A stretch of DNA of 64,000 nt, from NCBI RefSeq assembly GCF_006345805.1, contig NC_043003.1:24552001-24616000 (forward strand), written 5' to 3'. The translations under genes were made by a program, and so were the position numbers. The first letter of the stretch is position 1, and each line of letters starts with the position of its first letter. Below, one piece after another: positions 23,807-37,711 of this stretch. The notes beneath the pieces are model-generated. The model was not told the origin of the DNA. It worked only from the letters and a program-made list of their open reading frames with translations, and searched no databases. The stretch comes from Octopus sinensis (lineage: Eukaryota).

Positions 23807-25389
23807 GCATTGTCTTCATCAGACTGTAAGGAATTTACTGCTACACACCAAAAATTTACTGATATCCACCAAATTATAACTCTGTTTTCGTTCTTTGTTT
23901 TTTATTTTCTGCTGTCTTCATCCTTTTCTTCACCACCCTATAAATCTTTTTTCCTTTTTGTTCCTTTTCTTTTTTTTTCTCCCTCACTTTATTCTGCTTA
24001 TTTTACCCCACATCCCCTACTTGTGTATATCTGTCGAAAATCTTAGATTCAGTTTAATGTATTGATATCATTTTAATGATTTCGTATTAGCTCCTTATTT
24101 TTGTTCACCCAACCATACATTCCATAAAGGTTGGGATTTTTATGTTAAAAAAATACATTTTTAAACCACTCGTACATTGCAACCACTAAGCCCTAGCCAC
24201 AAGATAAACCAAAATTATATGAAGACTTGAAAAATCAAAAAACAAAAGCAACAAGTGGCAAAACTTCAAAGTCACTGTGAACCTTTCCCTTATTTGAACA
24301 CACACACACACACATATATCACTTAATCAGAAGAGGAAGTACAACATCCATGACCACCTGTTCAGAGCTTTCTGAGGTGGTATCCCGAAGGGAAGAAGAA
24401 ACTGCAACTTGTATGTTGCAATAGAATACACCACATTAAAATATTGCTCCTTGTCCATACAACAGTGTAGACTCTGGTGAAGGTGATAAGTAGATTGGCA
24501 GATTAAGGCTACCACTCAAGAACAGGTATCACCAATTTACTCAGACTTACTCTTTTACTTGTTTCAGTCATGTGACTGTGGCCGTGCTGGAGCATTGCCA
24601 TTAGTCGAGCAAATCAGCTCCAGGACTTATTCTTTGTAAGCCTAGTACTTATTCTATCAGTCTCTTTTGCCGAACTGCTAAGTTACACACGAGCATCGGT
24701 TGTCAAGCGATGTTGGGGGGACAAACACAGACACACACACACACATATATATATATATACATACACAAATATATGACGGGCTTCTTTCAGTTTCCGTCTA
24801 CCAAATCCACTCACAAGGCATTGGTCGGCCTCAGGCTATAGTAGAAGACACTTGCCCAAGGTGCCACACAGTGGGAATGAACCCAGAGCCATATGGTTTG
24901 TAAGCAAGCTACTTACCACACAGCCACTCCAATGCCTACAAAATTCTACAAAATTTCTTTGTAATTTCACTCATATTGTTTTGAATCACCTGAAAGCTAT
25001 ATATGCTAGAAGACAACTGTCAAAGTATTGCAAAGTAAGATCTTACATAGAACCATGCTATAATGGTGTCCATATTTTAATCACTGACATAATTTGCCAG
25101 GAACTTACCACCTATAAAATTCCCCTCTATCTTTCTAACTAAAATATTTCATAAATCTTATACAGCTATCAGTTCATCATTGTTGTCATTGTTTTGATAT
25201 CCATTTTCTGTGATGGCATGAATTAATCTGATTCTTCGTACTAAATGGTTCAATTCAATTCAGAATGAGCCAAGGCAGCTTATATGTGTGTCTAGGTGTT
25301 GGACATACCAACCAAATGGTTGCTGTATCAAGTCAGAGCCTCTTCATCCTTCCTGCCACCCATCCTCACCTGTTACTAAGCAACAGGTT

Positions 25390-25500
25390 CAAAAGGTACT
25401 GGTGCCTGAGGTGACTGTTCAGGCCAAGGGTGGTATAGAAGAGCCACGGGCATTCATCACAGGGGAGAATTTGTGTGGGGAAAGGAAATGCAAGTCACTC
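25390..25500 (-). pseudogene. Isolated C2H2-like zinc-finger remnant (CDECPWLFYTTLGLNSHLRH), possibly the C-terminus of an old RTE ORF
   Basis: C-x2-C-x12-H pattern at 25399-25461; no splice signals or longer ORF recognised. Confidence 0.3.
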
Positions 25501-27477
25501 TTTGCATCTTTGACATTTGATTTCTGCCTCTTGATGTCTGTTATTTTCCATCTGGTTTGTTCCCTCAGTGATAACATACTTCCACTAGTTCATCTGTCTT
25601 TAAAAAAGGAAGAGCACATTTACTCTTTACTCTTTTACGTGTTTCAGTCATTTGACTGCGGCCATGCTGAAGCACCGCCTTTAGTCGAGCAAATCGACCC
25701 CCAGACTTATTCTTTGTAAGCCTAGTACTTTTTCTATCGGTCTCTTTTCCGAACTGCTAAGTTACAGGGACGTAAACATACCAGCTTTGGTTGTCAAGCA
25801 ATGTTGCGGGGACAAACACAGACACACAAATACACACAAACATATATATATGTATACATATATACGAAGGGTTTCTTTCAGTTTCACAAGGCTTTGGTCG
25901 GCCCGAGGCTATAGTAGAAGATACTTGCCCAAGGTGCCACACAGTTGGACTGAACCCGGAACCATGTGGTTGGTAAGCAAGCTACTTACCACACAGCCAC
26001 TCCTGATAATATTGTGTTAAATATATTTTGTTTGAGAAAGAAAACATGATGGTCATGACAGGAATGTCTTTGATTTTAGGCATAGGCTTCATGGATTCAG
26101 GTGACTAGGAGTTAGACAACAGCATCAGGTTTTGTTTTGTATTTGTCTTTTTTTCCTCAAATGAACCCATCTTTACAAGATAGTGAAAGTAATAAACTCA
26201 TAATTGACACATTGCAAGTTCAATTTCACAAGTATCATACTGTATCATGATGTTAGTTTTCACTCAATCTATCATCATCATCATCATCTAAGCATTAGTT
26301 CTCATCCTATCTAAAATAAGTTGGGCAGCATGATTGTGTGGTCAAGAACTTTGCTTTCTAACCACATGGTTTTGGGTTTAGTCCCACTGCATGGCACATT
26401 GGGCAAGTGCCTTCTACTATGGGCTCTATGTTGAGTGGATTGGTAGACGGCACGTAAAAAGCACCATCTGATTGTGGCCGTTGCCAGCCTCGCCTGGCCC
26501 CCGTGCCGGTGGCACGTAAAAAGCACCATCCGTCCGTGGGCATTTGCCAGCTCCGTCTGCCACCTGTGCGGGTGGCACGTAAAAAACACCCACTACACTC
26601 ACGGAGTGGTTGGCGTTAGGAAGGGCATCCAGCCGTAGAAACACTGCCAGATCAGACTGGGCCTGGTGCAGCCTTCTGGCTTCACAGACCCAGCTGAACC
26701 GTCCAACCCATGCTAGCATGGAAAGCGGACGCTAAATGATGATGATGATATATATATATATATATATATATATGTTAGCATGGAAAGCGGACGCTAAACG
26801 ATGATGATGATGATATATAAATATGTATGTTTGTGTGTCTGTGTTTGTTCCCCCCACTATCACTTGACAACCGATGTTGATGTGTTTATGGTCCTGTGTA
26901 TTAGCAGTTTGGTAGAAGAAACTGATAGAATAAGTACTAGGCTTACAAAGAATAAATCCTGGGGTTGATTTGTTTGACTAAAAAACCCTTGAAGGCAGTA
27001 CTCCAGCATTGTCACAGTCAAGTGCCTGAAACAAATATAAAAAAAAACTAAAAGAATATACAGTCGGATTGAACCCCCAAACCATGTGGTTGGGAAACAA
27101 GCTTCTTACCACACAGCCACGCCTGTGCCATCTGTCTGCAGTTTTGCACTTTTCTAGCCACCTCTGTTCTTTGCTTCTCTGTTCGTCTCCATCGAGACAC
27201 AGTTGAGTAATTCTCGTTACGTAGGGAATTCAACCATAAAAAATAACAGTGCAATGATGTGTCACTCCATTTGGTTCACTTCTATGTAGACAAGAAGATG
27301 TACATAATTTGTAAAAACAAAAAGTAGCAAAAACAAAATATCATGAATTACATTCTACTTACAAACACCTGTTGTGATTTATCCTTTATTTCATTACTTT
27401 GTGTGTGTGTGTTTGTGTGTGAGTTAGTGTCTGCATGTGCACATATACAAATGTGCATTTTATATGTACACATCCTG

Positions 27478-27479
27478 AC

Positions 27480-27537
<58 letters not shown>

Positions 27538-27712
27538 ATATATATATATGTGTATGTGTGTGTATATATATATATATGTGTGTATGTGTATATATATATG
27601 TGTGTGTGTGTATATATATATGTGTGTGTGTATATATATATGTGTGTGTGTGTGTATATATATATGTGTGTGTGTATATATATATATATATGTGTGTGTG
27701 TGTATATATATA

Positions 27713-27765
<53 letters not shown>

Positions 27766-27846
27766 ATATATGTGTGTGTGTGTGTATATATATATATGTG
27801 TGTGTGTGTGTATATATATATGTGTGTGTGTGTGTGTATATATATA

Positions 27847-27877
<31 letters not shown>

Positions 27878-27893
27878 GTGTGTGTGTGTTGTG

Positions 27894-27928
<35 letters not shown>

Positions 27929-27966
27929 ATGTGTGTGTGTATATATATTATATGTGTGTGTGTGTG

Positions 27967-28004
<38 letters not shown>

Positions 28005-28230
28005 TATATGTGTGGTGTGTGTATATATATATATATATAAACACATATATACATACATACATATCTGTGCATTTGTATATGAATGTGTGTGAGACTATTC
28101 ATCCATTCACTTGTGTGTGTGTGTGTGTGTTTGTGCATGTGTTTAGTGTGTGTGTACATATGTGATTATGTGTGTGTATAATGAGTGTGCACATGTCTGT
28201 GTATGTTGATATATAAATGTGTGTGAGTAC

Positions 28231-28279
<49 letters not shown>

Positions 28280-28310
28280 ATATATATATACATATATATA
28301 TATATATAAT
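27478..28310. repeat. Compound (TA)n/(TG)n microsatellite, about 830 bp
   Basis: Alternating TA and TG runs; source of the 200-257 aa V/C/Y/I and H/T ORFs. Similar tracts at about 39650-39850, 42055-42215 (CATA/CA) and 59175-59450. Confidence 0.97.
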
Positions 28311-29291
28311 CAATTTAGCAGCCAGCTTAAAAATACAAGTTGGTTTCTTGTATACAAAGACCATAGCAACAAAGCATTGAGGTGTGTGTGTTTATAACCT
28401 ATACCAGTGATTTTTATCAATGGGGATGACTACACCAATCAATAAGAGGTGTGTTTCTATTCTGAATGTGAAAAAACAAGCCATAAAGAGTTGTCCACTT
28501 GTAAAATAGTAGTGGCATAGTCTTTATGAGCCGAGCAATCCTTGAATGTACTGGTTGGATCAAGTCTTATAATAGCTCATCTCTATAGTTGTATAACTGA
28601 AAGCTCATATTAATTCTAGCTCCTCTATGCAGATGATGGTTTTTAATAGAAATAAAATGTGCAACAAATAAACCTACACAACATAGAGTGAATGAATGAG
28701 TTAATTCAATATGGGCTTGGACATGGCTGTGTGGTTAAGAAGCTTGATTTTTAACCATGGGATCTTAGGTTCAGTCCCACTGCACAGCGCCATGGGTAAC
28801 TGTTTTCTACTATAGCTCCTGGCCGACCAAACCTTGTGAACGGAATTAAATAGAGAGAAACTGTAAGGAGTTGTGTGTGTGTGTGTGTGTGTATATATAC
28901 ACGCACACAGTGAAAAAGAGAACACCTATGCTGAACTATTGAGAAATCTGTAGTTACTCTATCCAGATTAAAAGTTCAAGTTTATACCTGTAATTATTGG
29001 AGCCCTGGGATATGTAACACACTGCCTAAATACCAATATTGAGAAATTAGGCTTCTCAAAACCAGAAAGGAGAAAGCTAATTCAAAGACTACAGATCCAA
29101 TCCATCAGTGGAACTGTAAAAATCTGTAAAACTTTCCAGAGGTTTACCATTTAAATATATATGAGCATGTCTAGATATGCAACTATATGCATGAGAATAC
29201 ATACATAAAACATACAAATCTGCACCTACATACATACATACATACATATGTACATACGAGCATTTCAGAGTGTCTGAGTGTCAATTTGAGG

Positions 29292-29922
29292 ACATATCCC
29301 AAGAGTGATAAAAATCAAACCTCCAGTCAACATTATAGTGTTTGTAGTGACCACTAGTTATGGTGACGTTATGCCTCCATTCATCTTCCCATACAGCCTC
29401 AGACTCAACACTGAGGCCTACATCAACTACCTGGAGGAGATAGTGTTGCCCTGGGGCAAGAGGATGGCTGCTGAAAGACCCCATGTCTGGCAACAGAACT
29501 CTGCACCATGCCACACAAGCAGGAGAAACCAGTCATGGCTGTCAGACAATTTCTGCAACCACATCACCCTTAACATCTGGCCACCTAACTCCCCAGACTG
29601 CAACCTTCTTGATTATTGTGTATGGGGTACAGTTGAACAAGAGACCAACAAAACTCCTTGTAACATCAAAGATGAACTGAAGGCAAGAATTATGGCAGCA
29701 TTCACCAACTTAAACAAGGAGACCGTCCAGAAGAGTTGCAGGAGATTCCGAGGTTGTATGGAGGTTGTGGTTGAAGCCAATGGTACTTTTATTGAATAAA
29801 TTTACTCTTGAGTATTTCAAGATATTTTTATGTAATTTTGGTAAATATATCTGTTAAAATGAGATGTTAATGTTGTTTTCATCTTTGTGTAATTTAGACG
29901 ACTGTTTATTCATTGCACTCTG
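29292..29922 (+). mobile_element. 5'-truncated Tc1/mariner transposon, DD37D (maT-like)
   Basis: ORF 29305-29799 with WQQ(N)SAPCH...WPPNSPDCNLLDY, 37 residues between the second and third catalytic positions; ends in a degenerate TIR. Confidence 0.9.
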
Positions 29923-31691
29923 TGTGTGTGTGTGTGTGTGTAATGTATGTATATATTTATGTATGTGTATTTGTGTTTGACTCCAGGCTTAAATACCAGG
30001 CCTAAAAAATAAGTTGATTTGTTTGACTAAAACTCAAGACGGTGCCCCAGCATAGCCACAGTAAAAGATAAAAGATAGGAATATGTATTTATGAATGAGT
30101 TGACTGCTAAGGTTTTCAATGTAAAGTAACATTAGACTATTGACAAACAAGTTTGAAACAGAATAAAGAGAAGTAGACCTATTCACTGGACCATACCACT
30201 TACAATATATCCTAGTAAATAATTATTACAGAAGTATCGATATAGAATGGCTTTTGAATCAATAAACAAATGATGTCATATCTATATGTAGTTAGTCTCG
30301 ATGTGGAATTTAAATCTATGAGGGCCATTTTGGGAGCTTGATATGCAGATCAAAGAGTTAGCATTATTTATTCATCATCCACAATGTTTTTGTAATCTTC
30401 TAATTACTGTCTGGCTCTTAACCTTATATACATACCTACATACAGTATGGCTTTGTGGTTAAGAGGCTTACTTCCCAATCATGTCCTTTAGGGTTCAGTC
30501 CCCTTACACAGCATGTTAGATAAGTGTTTTCTGCTATAGCCCTATGTTGACCAAGCCTTGTGCATGAATTTAGTTGATGGAAACTGAAAAAAAAATGCCT
30601 ATCACACATGTGTGTGTATGTGTGTGTGCCTTCTTGTCTTGATATCATGTGACAACTGTAAACAAACATTATTGTCATACCACTTGAGCGTGGCCATTGC
30701 CAGTACCGCCTGACTGGCCCTCGTGCCGGTGGCACGTAAAAGCACCCACTACACTCTCGGAGTGGTTGGCGTGAAGAAGGGCATCCAACTGTAGAAACTC
30801 TGCCAGATTAAGATTGGAGCCTAGTGCGGCCATCTGGTTCGCCAGTCATCGAGTCAAATCGTCCGGACATTAAATGATGATGATGATGACGATGACACAA
30901 TCTTATTCATTTCCAGTCTTTTGTGAAAAATATGTCTGGCCTTTGGAAATATTACCTTGCTTGAAAATCAGTGAGGGTTGATAACAGGAAGGGTGACTGA
31001 CCATAGAAAATCTGCCTCAGAAAATCCAATCTAGCCCATGCAAGCATAGAAAAGTGAACACTAAAATGCTGAGGCACACATTCTACTTCTGACTTTTTAT
31101 TCTCTTTCCCTTTCCTTCTGTTGGATAAGAGATCCCCTCCCCATTTTCTATTTAGTGTCACATCCCTTTTATCTATGTCCCAATTGCAAATATATACATG
31201 ACAGGCTCTACACAGTTTCTATTTACAAATTCACTCACAAGGCATTTGTTGGCCCATGACTATAGGAGAAGTAGCTTGCCCAAGGCTGTACAATATGCAC
31301 TGAATAAGTTTATTGTCAAGTGCTACAAGGCATAGCCGAGAATTAGTGTTTCGAATATCGAGACATTGGTCCTCTCAAGAAAGTTTTCCCCGTACTCTCT
31401 GCATATTAAAGGAACATCACTACAATAAGTAGAGAAGTTTAAGTATCTCGGGAAGGGCAGTAACTCTGACTTGAGCAGTGATGACACATTTAAGACCTAC
31501 CAGTATAGAAACTGAACATGAACGAAGATGAGAATGATGCTGATGATACATATAACAAACACAGAGCAACACATCAGGAAGTAAAAAATATATATCTATA
31601 GGCTATTAAATGATAACAATAGCCACTACTTTTAATTGCTGGTACATTTTAGTGTGTGTGTGTGATATGTGTTGTAATATGTGGTTTTAAA

Positions 31692-32048
31692 ATAATAATA
31701 ATGAAATTATTGTATACAGTGCTCAGGTGCACCACAACTTGTCAAAAGTGCATATAAAGCATATGCAGTAATGTACAAATGTCTGGAAAGTGAACAGTGT
31801 ATGAGTCAGATACATGCTTGTGTGTGTATGGAGAGGAGAAAATCAGGTGTAGTGTTGGCGAATCTCAGGAAGCATGGAAGTTTTGAAGGATGCAGTGCTC
31901 CGACAACTAACAACTGATGCTGGCAGTCTGTTCCATGCTTCAGCAACTCTTAGCATGAGAAAAATGTTTCCGAAAGTCATGGGAGCTGTGCTGTTTTCTG
32001 ACTTTGTAAACATGTTCACGGGTGTTAGACAGGTGGAGTTTGAAAAGG
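31692..32048 (-). mobile_element. CR1-group LINE 3' end (further copies about 51253-51412 - and 56650-56893 +)
   Basis: Encodes YKVRKQHSSHDFRKHFF.LRVAEAWN.LPASVV, the typical CR1/L2-group ORF2 C-terminus, with an (ATT)n tail. Confidence 0.85.
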
Positions 32049-33793
32049 TTAGTTGTGTTTATGGATGTTGTGTCTGTGTGTGCAAATATCCATATGTAAT
32101 TTTTAAACATTCATGTGTGTGTGTGTACAGGTAGATATTTCCATATTTGTATGTGTGTATAATTATATGTGTAAGTAGATATGCTGTCAAGTAATAGGGC
32201 AAAGGACAGCACCCATGGTTTTGCAGTATCTCTGAAATGAGTAGGGTGGAAAGATGGAAGAAAAAAACGTCTCCTTATGTTACTGCAATAAGAAGCAGTG
32301 CATTGGGATATTGTGTCAAGCTTAGGCTGGGGAAACTGGCACAGATGTTTGAAAGAAAGTGATCTTCACTTAAGGTACTCAAGGGCTGGGGAGTGGCAGT
32401 TGAAAGAGGTGATAGGTTACATCCACTATAAAAGAACAGGCACATACCATCTGACAAGTTTTCACAGTTTTGTGTTTCCAATTTCATTCACAAAGCTTAG
32501 ATCAGCCCTAAAAGTTTGGTAGGAGATACTTGCTCAAGGATTCAAACCTAGAGCCACATACTTTATCATTGCTATCATCATCATCGTCGTTTAAATTCAT
32601 TTTTCCCCCCAGTTTGCATGAATCAGATGGAATTCATTAAGGCAAACTTTTTATTTATCATCATTTCTCACTATTGCCAACCCTTGTTTCTAAACAAGGT
32701 CCATAGCAAAAGACACTTGCCCAAGGTGCATGCAGTGGAACTGAACCCAAAACCACATGGTTGGGAAGCAGACATCTTAACCATACTACCAATACCTACA
32801 TTGCTATAAAAAATATTCTTAACAGCAAACAAGCAGACACTTAAACAGCATTTATTTACCAAAAGTAGATGTGAGGAAATGGCATCAACATGTAAAAGTG
32901 GAAATACATTAGCTACAACATATGCATTACTTAACCAAACATAAAACAGAAATGTCAAAGGCAGCAGGCGTTCTTTGTATGACCCAGCCATTAACTATTT
33001 TGTGCTTTGTTACCAAGCTCTTTTATGAGAGATGGTGGTGGATCACTTATGAATACCAAACCCATAAAAATGGTTATCATGACAATAGTAACTAAATGTC
33101 TTTAAAAACAGGTAATTCAATTCTTGGGTCAATTTTTACAATGAAGGTCACAATGGCTGTAAATGGCAGAGTAGCTGAAGTTTTTGGAATCTGATTTTCA
33201 ATCTTTGCCAGAGCTCAGTGTGAATAAGTGTTTTGTATGCTTAGTGGTGGATAAAGGCCATTCAGTCCATCCAGCTGTAAAAAGGCTTGCTCTTACATTT
33301 TCAAAATGTTTAAACTGAGAGCAATGCTCCAGCTTACTAATTTGTGTGTGGATGTAAATTTTTGTATAAATGCCATCATCATCATCATCCACTTTTCCAT
33401 GCTTGCATGGCCCAGACAGGATTTGCTGAGGCAGATTTCCTATGACTGAGCACCCTTCCTGTTGCTGACCTTCACCTTTTTCCAAGCAAGGTTATATTTT
33501 TCTGTAGTCAGACACGTTGTCCACTCTGAGACTAGAAATGAACAGCATCACTTGTATAACAGTGATGCTTTTTGACAATCATCACATGATGTCAACAAGA
33601 GTACACACAAATACATATACATGCACACACACACACACACACTTAGATGTGTGTATGTATGTAATGTATATATAATGGGCTTCTGCACAATTTCTGTCTA
33701 CCAAATCCACTCACAAGACTTTGGTCGGCCTGAGGTTGTAGGAAAAGATACTTGCCCAAGGTGCCATGAATATATAAATTTGTTGGTGTATTT

Positions 33794-34202
33794 ATTTTTT
33801 TTCTTTATTGCCCACAAAGGAGTAAACATAGAGGGGATAAACAAGGGATTAAGTCGATTACATTGACCCCAGTGCATAACTAGTACTTAATTTATCAACC
33901 CTAAAAGGATGAAAGGCAAAGTCGACCTTGGTGGAATTTGAACTCAGAATGTAACAGCAGACGAAATACCTATTTCTTTACTACCCACAAGGGGATAAAC
34001 ACAGAGGGGACAAACAAGGACAGACAAATGGATTAAGTCGATTGCATCGACCCCAGTGCGTAACTGATACTTATTTAATCGACCCTGAAAGGATGAAAGG
34101 AAAAGTTGACCTTGGCGGAATTTGAACTCAGAACGTAGCGGCAGACATAATACGGCTACGCATTTCGCCCGGCATGCTAACATTTCTGCCAGCTCGCCGC
34201 CT
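33794..34202 (-). mobile_element. Nin/Deu-like SINE dimer
   Basis: Junction at 33969/33970; 11-bp TSD TTGGTGTATTT at 33783 and 34203. Confidence 0.9.
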
Positions 34203-35606
34203 TTGGTGTATTTTGGTGGTGTATTTACATCAACAGCAGCAACCAATTTTTACTTTTCTGTCATGACCTATTGAAGCAGGCTAAGAACTGGACCCTGATA
34301 GATCCCTGCTTAAACTTGTTTACTGAGCTGTAACTCTGTACTTGGTTGGCTTGTCTGGCAAGTCAGTCATCTCCTAGTTTCCATAGTAACCACCAGCCTA
34401 CCGATTGTGAAACCCTATCAAAGGCATTTTCCACTTCAATGAATGCTCAATATAATAGATTGCTCCTAGTTAAGTACTTCTCTTGCAATTATCTCACAAT
34501 AAAGATGGAGGCAGTCCTGCATCTTCCTGGCACAAAGTCAACATCTCCTTTAGGTTAATTCTCTTCTTCATTAAATATACTGTAACTGTAACTTTCATCA
34601 CCAAGTCAATCAGTTAGTTACTTCTAATGTTGCTTTTCTATGGTACTTTTCCTTTACCCTTATAGCAGTTGAAAATGATAATACGACACCAGTCATTAGA
34701 TACAACTTCGTCCAGTATTATTCGATTGGTCATATGTGTGACTAACCCTATCTTACTTCACTAGTTATTTTTATCCTCCATCTTACTTTCTGTCTTTAGA
34801 AGTTTTCACTGACCACAGATCAGTGTGTATCCTTTGGCAAGTTATCTTGTCAGGTGGGGATGTAAGATAGAGGCTTATAATGTAGAGGTAAAAAGGCAGT
34901 TTCTAACTGATAGCAGGCTGAACATGCTTTTGCAAAGGGACTGCAAACAAACAACTCCATCTGTATGAATGCTGATACTTTGCTTTCAACCAGCATGTAC
35001 ATATCAAGACAAGGGGAATATGCATTCCATCACACACACACACAAGGAGATTCTTCCAGTTTCTGTCTGCTAAATTTCACTCAATGTTTTGGGCAACTTG
35101 AGACAAAAGTGAAGGACATAAGCTGACAGAGCCCAAACAAAAGGACCAAACCCCTTTACCAGGTGGTTTTAAAGTGAAATTCTTAACCACACAATCATGT
35201 CAGTGTCTATCTAACTGACACTCCTGCCATACATCAACTAGAAATACTCTGAACCTGTGGGACTCTTTCAACTTCCATATCTCTCTTTTCCTGGTTGTTA
35301 CTTGTCTCTGAGTTTGTCTATCTCTTCCTGTCAAATCATTCATCACTAACTGATGTTGACTGAATACACTCTTCATGACGGAAAGACTTAGCCTTCACAA
35401 CCATCTATATCACCAATTTCTTGGTGAGTACAAAATTTATCTGGTTTGTGTGTTCATCTAATTCATAGATGATTGCCAATTTTTTTTTCTGAGTTAGTGT
35501 TATGAGTGAATAAATCACAGATCTCCTCATTCCTTGTGTCATATCTTTTATCTATATGTAAGGTCAGAGAAGCCACCATGATGTTGCCTAATATGTCCAT
35601 TTAAAT

Positions 35607-35998
35607 CAATGGTTTTCAACCATTTTTTGCCTGTAGACCCCTTAGATTCCTATTTTACTCAGTTGGACCTTCATAGCTATTCAATGTTTCAAAAAATCCT
35701 ATCAAGTTTCGTCAGTGAACAGGTCACAGTCTCAAAGCGACGAAAATATTTTGACAAATTAAATTTAAATGTTGAAGTGAATCTAACAGTTTTGTGTGTT
35801 TCTTAAATGGCTTATAAACACCTTCCTCGCTGCAATTGAATCCTATCATATTTTTATAGTTAACCATTATTAGGAATTGCATAAAAAAAATTTTTTATAT
35901 TTTGTGTATTATAAAAATATAAGCTATTCATCGCACATAAACTTTAACAACAAAATCTCATATGGGCCTCCAAGGGCCATAATGGTTAAGAATCACTG
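35607..35998. mobile_element. hAT-like MITE
   Basis: TIRs CAATGGTTTTCAACC / GGTTAAGAATCACTG; perfect 8-bp TSD ATTTAAAT. Confidence 0.85.
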
Positions 35999-36736
35999 AT
36001 TTAAATCATCATTAGAGATATTACTGTCATTCATTATTAAGGGAGACTGCAGAAAGACTTCATTGCTATTGCTAATCACAGAGGATACTGGTTACATTTT
36101 AGAGGGGTTTTCATATCCTCTGCAAAACTAAAGAGTTTTCTCTACCCTATGTTGTCTCAATTCATTTGTTCCTTAAACTTTTTCCAACCTGCAAATCTTC
36201 AACATTCAAGGTCCTTGTCTCAGTACTATGTGCAGTTACACTTTTTTACACAAGCACTTATTAATCTACCCTTTACTCTGAAAACGAAACCTCTTTGCTA
36301 CCAGTAGAGGTAACAGCTCTCTAAGCTCTTTTCTACCCCTTTCTTACTATGGTAACAATGCTTCTGGAACCCACCCACCCACCCATCCCCTTTGTCAATT
36401 AGGTTATTTTATAACAAAAGCTATCAACTAGTTTTAGTGAACCTGCTGAGATTTGAAGTTGTATATATTTCATGTGTACTTTTACTGGTAACTGCCACAC
36501 ATCAAGTCTACTTTCCCTGTAATCTTTTTTTGTGATCTCACTCTGTGTGTGTGTGTGTGTTCATTGGGTTTGTGGCAAAAATTTGTACCAACTGCCGTCA
36601 GCATTTCCAAAATGTATAACTGTTCCTACACAGGTCCTCACCACCGAAAAAAAAATCATCTGTGTGGGTAGTTTGTTGGATATAATATTGGCTGTTAGAG
36701 CCTCATACATCAAAGCTGAAGGGAAAATTCTCTTTA

Positions 36737-36927
36737 TGAGGGGGTACTGAAAAGTTCATGGCTTTGAGTTAAGGAAAATAAAGGAGGATCAGTTAATTGA
36801 TTTTAATCCCCTATCAGATTGACACACTTATTGCAGCGGTCCTTCAGGTTTTTCTAACCCTGTAAAAGAACTCGACCAGGCCTTTCATGATACCCTTAAA
36901 GCCAGGAATTTTTCAGCACCCCTCTCA
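36737..36927. mobile_element. mariner-like MITE
   Basis: TA|TGAGGGGGTACTGAAAAGTTCATGGC ... GCCAGGAATTTTTCAGCACCCCTCTCA|TA. Confidence 0.8.
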
Positions 36928-37674
36928 TATGTCTAGGTAAATGCAGACACACAGTGGTATTTATAACAGACCTTAAAAAGAAGACTGAGTTGATGTGTGG
37001 CAGATGTACCAGTGAAGTTAGCTGTACCTTTTCTTAGTAAAAATAAATGAATAAGTATTCATGATACCCTGAGAAGTATTGAGTGACCCTTCATTATAAT
37101 TTTCAACTACTATTGATAGCTTTTTTTATAAAAAACAAGTAAACATTAATGGATGGATGAACAGACAGACAGATGAATTGATTGATTGATTGATTTTTGT
37201 ATGTTGATAGAACCCATCTTTACCCAAGTTTATTAATACCAGAAGTAAATACAATCATATCACATCCATTCACTATATTTTGGATAAATTTCTTCACAAA
37301 GCTGCCAACAATTTTGGTCCAGGAATATTGATTTAGTTAGAATTGTTGTTTCCAAGCCATTCAGCAGATGGTTCAATTTGAGGTTTATCAAAATACATGG
37401 GGAAAAAAATCAACAAAAACAACTGGCATTTATTAATAATTGAAACTTCTTTTATTCACATTTCAGACTTGAAACTTAGAAAATCAATTTTTCATTTGTA
37501 GAAAATATTAATTCTTTGCTAGGGCTTTTTTTTTAATAAAACTTTTTTTTTTTTTTTGTAGAAAGTATCAGTAAAGGCTCTATAGCATTCTTGAAAAGAA
37601 GTAAAAGATTTTTTTTTTTTCTATGCATAATTTCAGCTATATAAGTTCAAATCTGTTGCCTACAACTTGAAATA

Positions 37675-37708
<34 letters not shown>

Positions 37709-37711
<3 letters not shown>

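Noticed and set aside
27343-28364. Long ORFs of 200-257 aa (also 39625-39924, 42002-42418, 59093-59469)
   Set aside because: Translations of dinucleotide and tetranucleotide microsatellites, open in several frames on both strands.
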